DNA of 60,351 bases from an uncultured Bacteroidales bacterium (lineage in GTDB: Bacteria > Bacteroidota > Bacteroidia > Bacteroidales > JAAAOM01): positions 1-60,351 of the forward strand of contig CAZZBU010000007.1 in the NCBI GenBank assembly GCA_964652315.1, read 5' to 3'. The notes beneath the pieces were generated by a model that did not search any database, was not told where the DNA came from, and saw only the letters and a list, made by a program, of their open reading frames with translations. This document shows positions 59,132-60,351 of this stretch, one piece after another (the stretch's first letter is position 1; each line of letters begins with the position of its first letter). The position numbers were made by a program, and so were the translations under genes.

Positions 59132-60028
59132 CTATTGTTTGGGTTTATTTTGGATTAATTGTGTTAATTTTTTCCGGGCAGCTTCTTCATCAGGGAGGTT
59201 GAAGACCCCATAAATCATGTCATTTCTAATGGTTAAACCCCAGTAGTTGTTTTCCTGATGTTGAAACACATGGGGGGATTTGTTTGCATTCAATTCTAAA
59301 GCAGTTGTTACATGATCCCATGCTTTCATTGCCTTTTCTGACTGGGGGTATTTAATCAGCAATACAATGGGTCTTTGTTTACCACCGGCATTGTATTTAG
59401 CAAGTACAGCATCTGTGTCTTTATTGAGGTCAAAAATGTTATCTTCATGAATAAAATTGTATGAATTAAGCCAGATATAATGTTTGAAATACTTTATGGT
59501 TGTAACATCAAGCTGCTCTTCAGGCAGGTGTCTTACCACTTCAGGGCGATTGCCCTCTGATTGGATATTATCTGCAATGGCATAAGCCAAATCATGCATG
59601 GCTTCTTTTACCTGTGGGGTCTCACGCTGGTTCATAAGCGAGACAAAATACGGCCCCTTCCAAAAAATGATGGAACCCAGGATAACCTGGGCTGCCTGAC
59701 CAGGCGCATCAACCTCTTCTTCACGTTGCTGGGTAAACACACCATAGGCATTTTCAGGTTCCAGCATGTCAAAGATTTCCACGGTAATGTCTTCACTATT
59801 CGGATGACTGTAAGTACGGCTGACTACATGGGAAAAACCATAAGAGATATACAATTCGGCTCCACCATTAATGTAATCATACAATGATTCAGGATCAAAA
59901 ACCTTATCCTCTTTAACAGTCCATTCGTTGATTTCATTTGGTAAGAGTGCTTTCAGCTGTTCCTGAGCAGATATATTTATCATAAACAGAAAAATGTAAA
60001 TTCCGGTTAAAAGGGTATAGTTACGCAT
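59132..60028 (-). CDS. DUF6599-like exported protein
   Basis: Signal peptide SAQ; LYDYINGGAELY..YGF, EIFDM....AYGVF, FWKG.YFV. Confidence 0.7.
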   Translation of the reverse strand: MRNYTLLTGIYIFLFMINISAQEQLKALLPNEINEWTVKEDKVFDPESLYDYINGGAELYISYGFSHVVSRTYSHPNSEDITVEIFDMLEPENAYGVFTQQREEEVDAPGQAAQVILGSIIFWKGPYFVSLMNQRETPQVKEAMHDLAYAIADNIQSEGNRPEVVRHLPEEQLDVTTIKYFKHYIWLNSYNFIHEDNIFDLNKDTDAVLAKYNAGGKQRPIVLLIKYPQSEKAMKAWDHVTTALELNANKSPHVFQHQENNYWGLTIRNDMIYGVFNLPDEEAARKKLTQLIQNKPKQ

Positions 60029-60148
60029 ACCATTTTTCCATAAAATTAAGGAAAAAAGTGTACAATTAAAAGTAGTATCAAAAATCGGGAGGCCAGGGTG
60101 TTTTTGTTATTGATTAACCAGAACGCTCTGAAGCACAGATTGTCTTTG

Positions 60149-60351
60149 TTATATATATTTAGTCAGTTCAGTTTTAAGTTCGTCATAATCCATGCATACC
60201 GGAAACCCAGGGTAGTCGGCGATGACATTCTGTGGCGGTTTAAATAAAATACCTACTTCTGCCTCTTGAAGCATAGTGATGTCATTGTACGAATCGCCAA
60301 AAGCGATTACCTTGTATTTCAGGCTTTGTAATGCCTGTACCACTTTTTTCT
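60149..60351 (-). CDS. thrH: Phosphoserine phosphatase/homoserine phosphotransferase ThrH (C-terminal part)
   Basis: VIAFGDSYNDITML.EA..GILF.PP.NV...P.FP; gene begins beyond the window end. Confidence 0.85.
   Translation of the reverse strand, partial: KKVVQALQSLKYKVIAFGDSYNDITMLQEAEVGILFKPPQNVIADYPGFPVCMDYDELKTELTKYI

Noticed and set aside
1-60351. tRNA/rRNA genes, transposases, prophage, reverse transcriptase/DGR
   Set aside because: No cloverleaf, rRNA-like stretch or corresponding protein motifs were seen, and intergenic gaps are short. By-eye inspection only.

Overview
A 60 kb chromosomal window from a Bacteroidota bacterium, most likely Bacteroidales/Marinilabiliales-like. This rests on TAnnTTTG promoters, T9SS genes, the porG-uppS-bamA-ompH-ompH-murI cluster and a 2-oxoacid:ferredoxin oxidoreductase. 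It is mostly housekeeping and envelope genes (gldAFG-like ABC exporter, prs-rplY-pth, engB, gdh, korAB, nadK, pdxJ, thrH). I found no tRNA/rRNA, CRISPR array, transposase or prophage. Three signals stand out. (1) Two paralogous 'PEP synthase-like' proteins lack the PEP/pyruvate-binding barrel. They instead combine receiver domains, a dikinase ATP-grasp domain and a C-terminal phospho-His swivel-like domain, and they sit beside glutamate dehydrogenase and the 2-oxoacid:ferredoxin oxidoreductase: a candidate dikinase-powered signalling system at the glutamate/2-oxoglutarate node. (2) An unannotated candidate sigma54-driven small RNA made of UUAG repeats plus a + strand terminator (16.4-16.5 kb). 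(3) A hairpin in the rplY 5'UTR that reproduces the 5S rRNA loop E motif bound by L25, a candidate autoregulatory leader. All family assignments are from motif recognition by eye; no searches were run.
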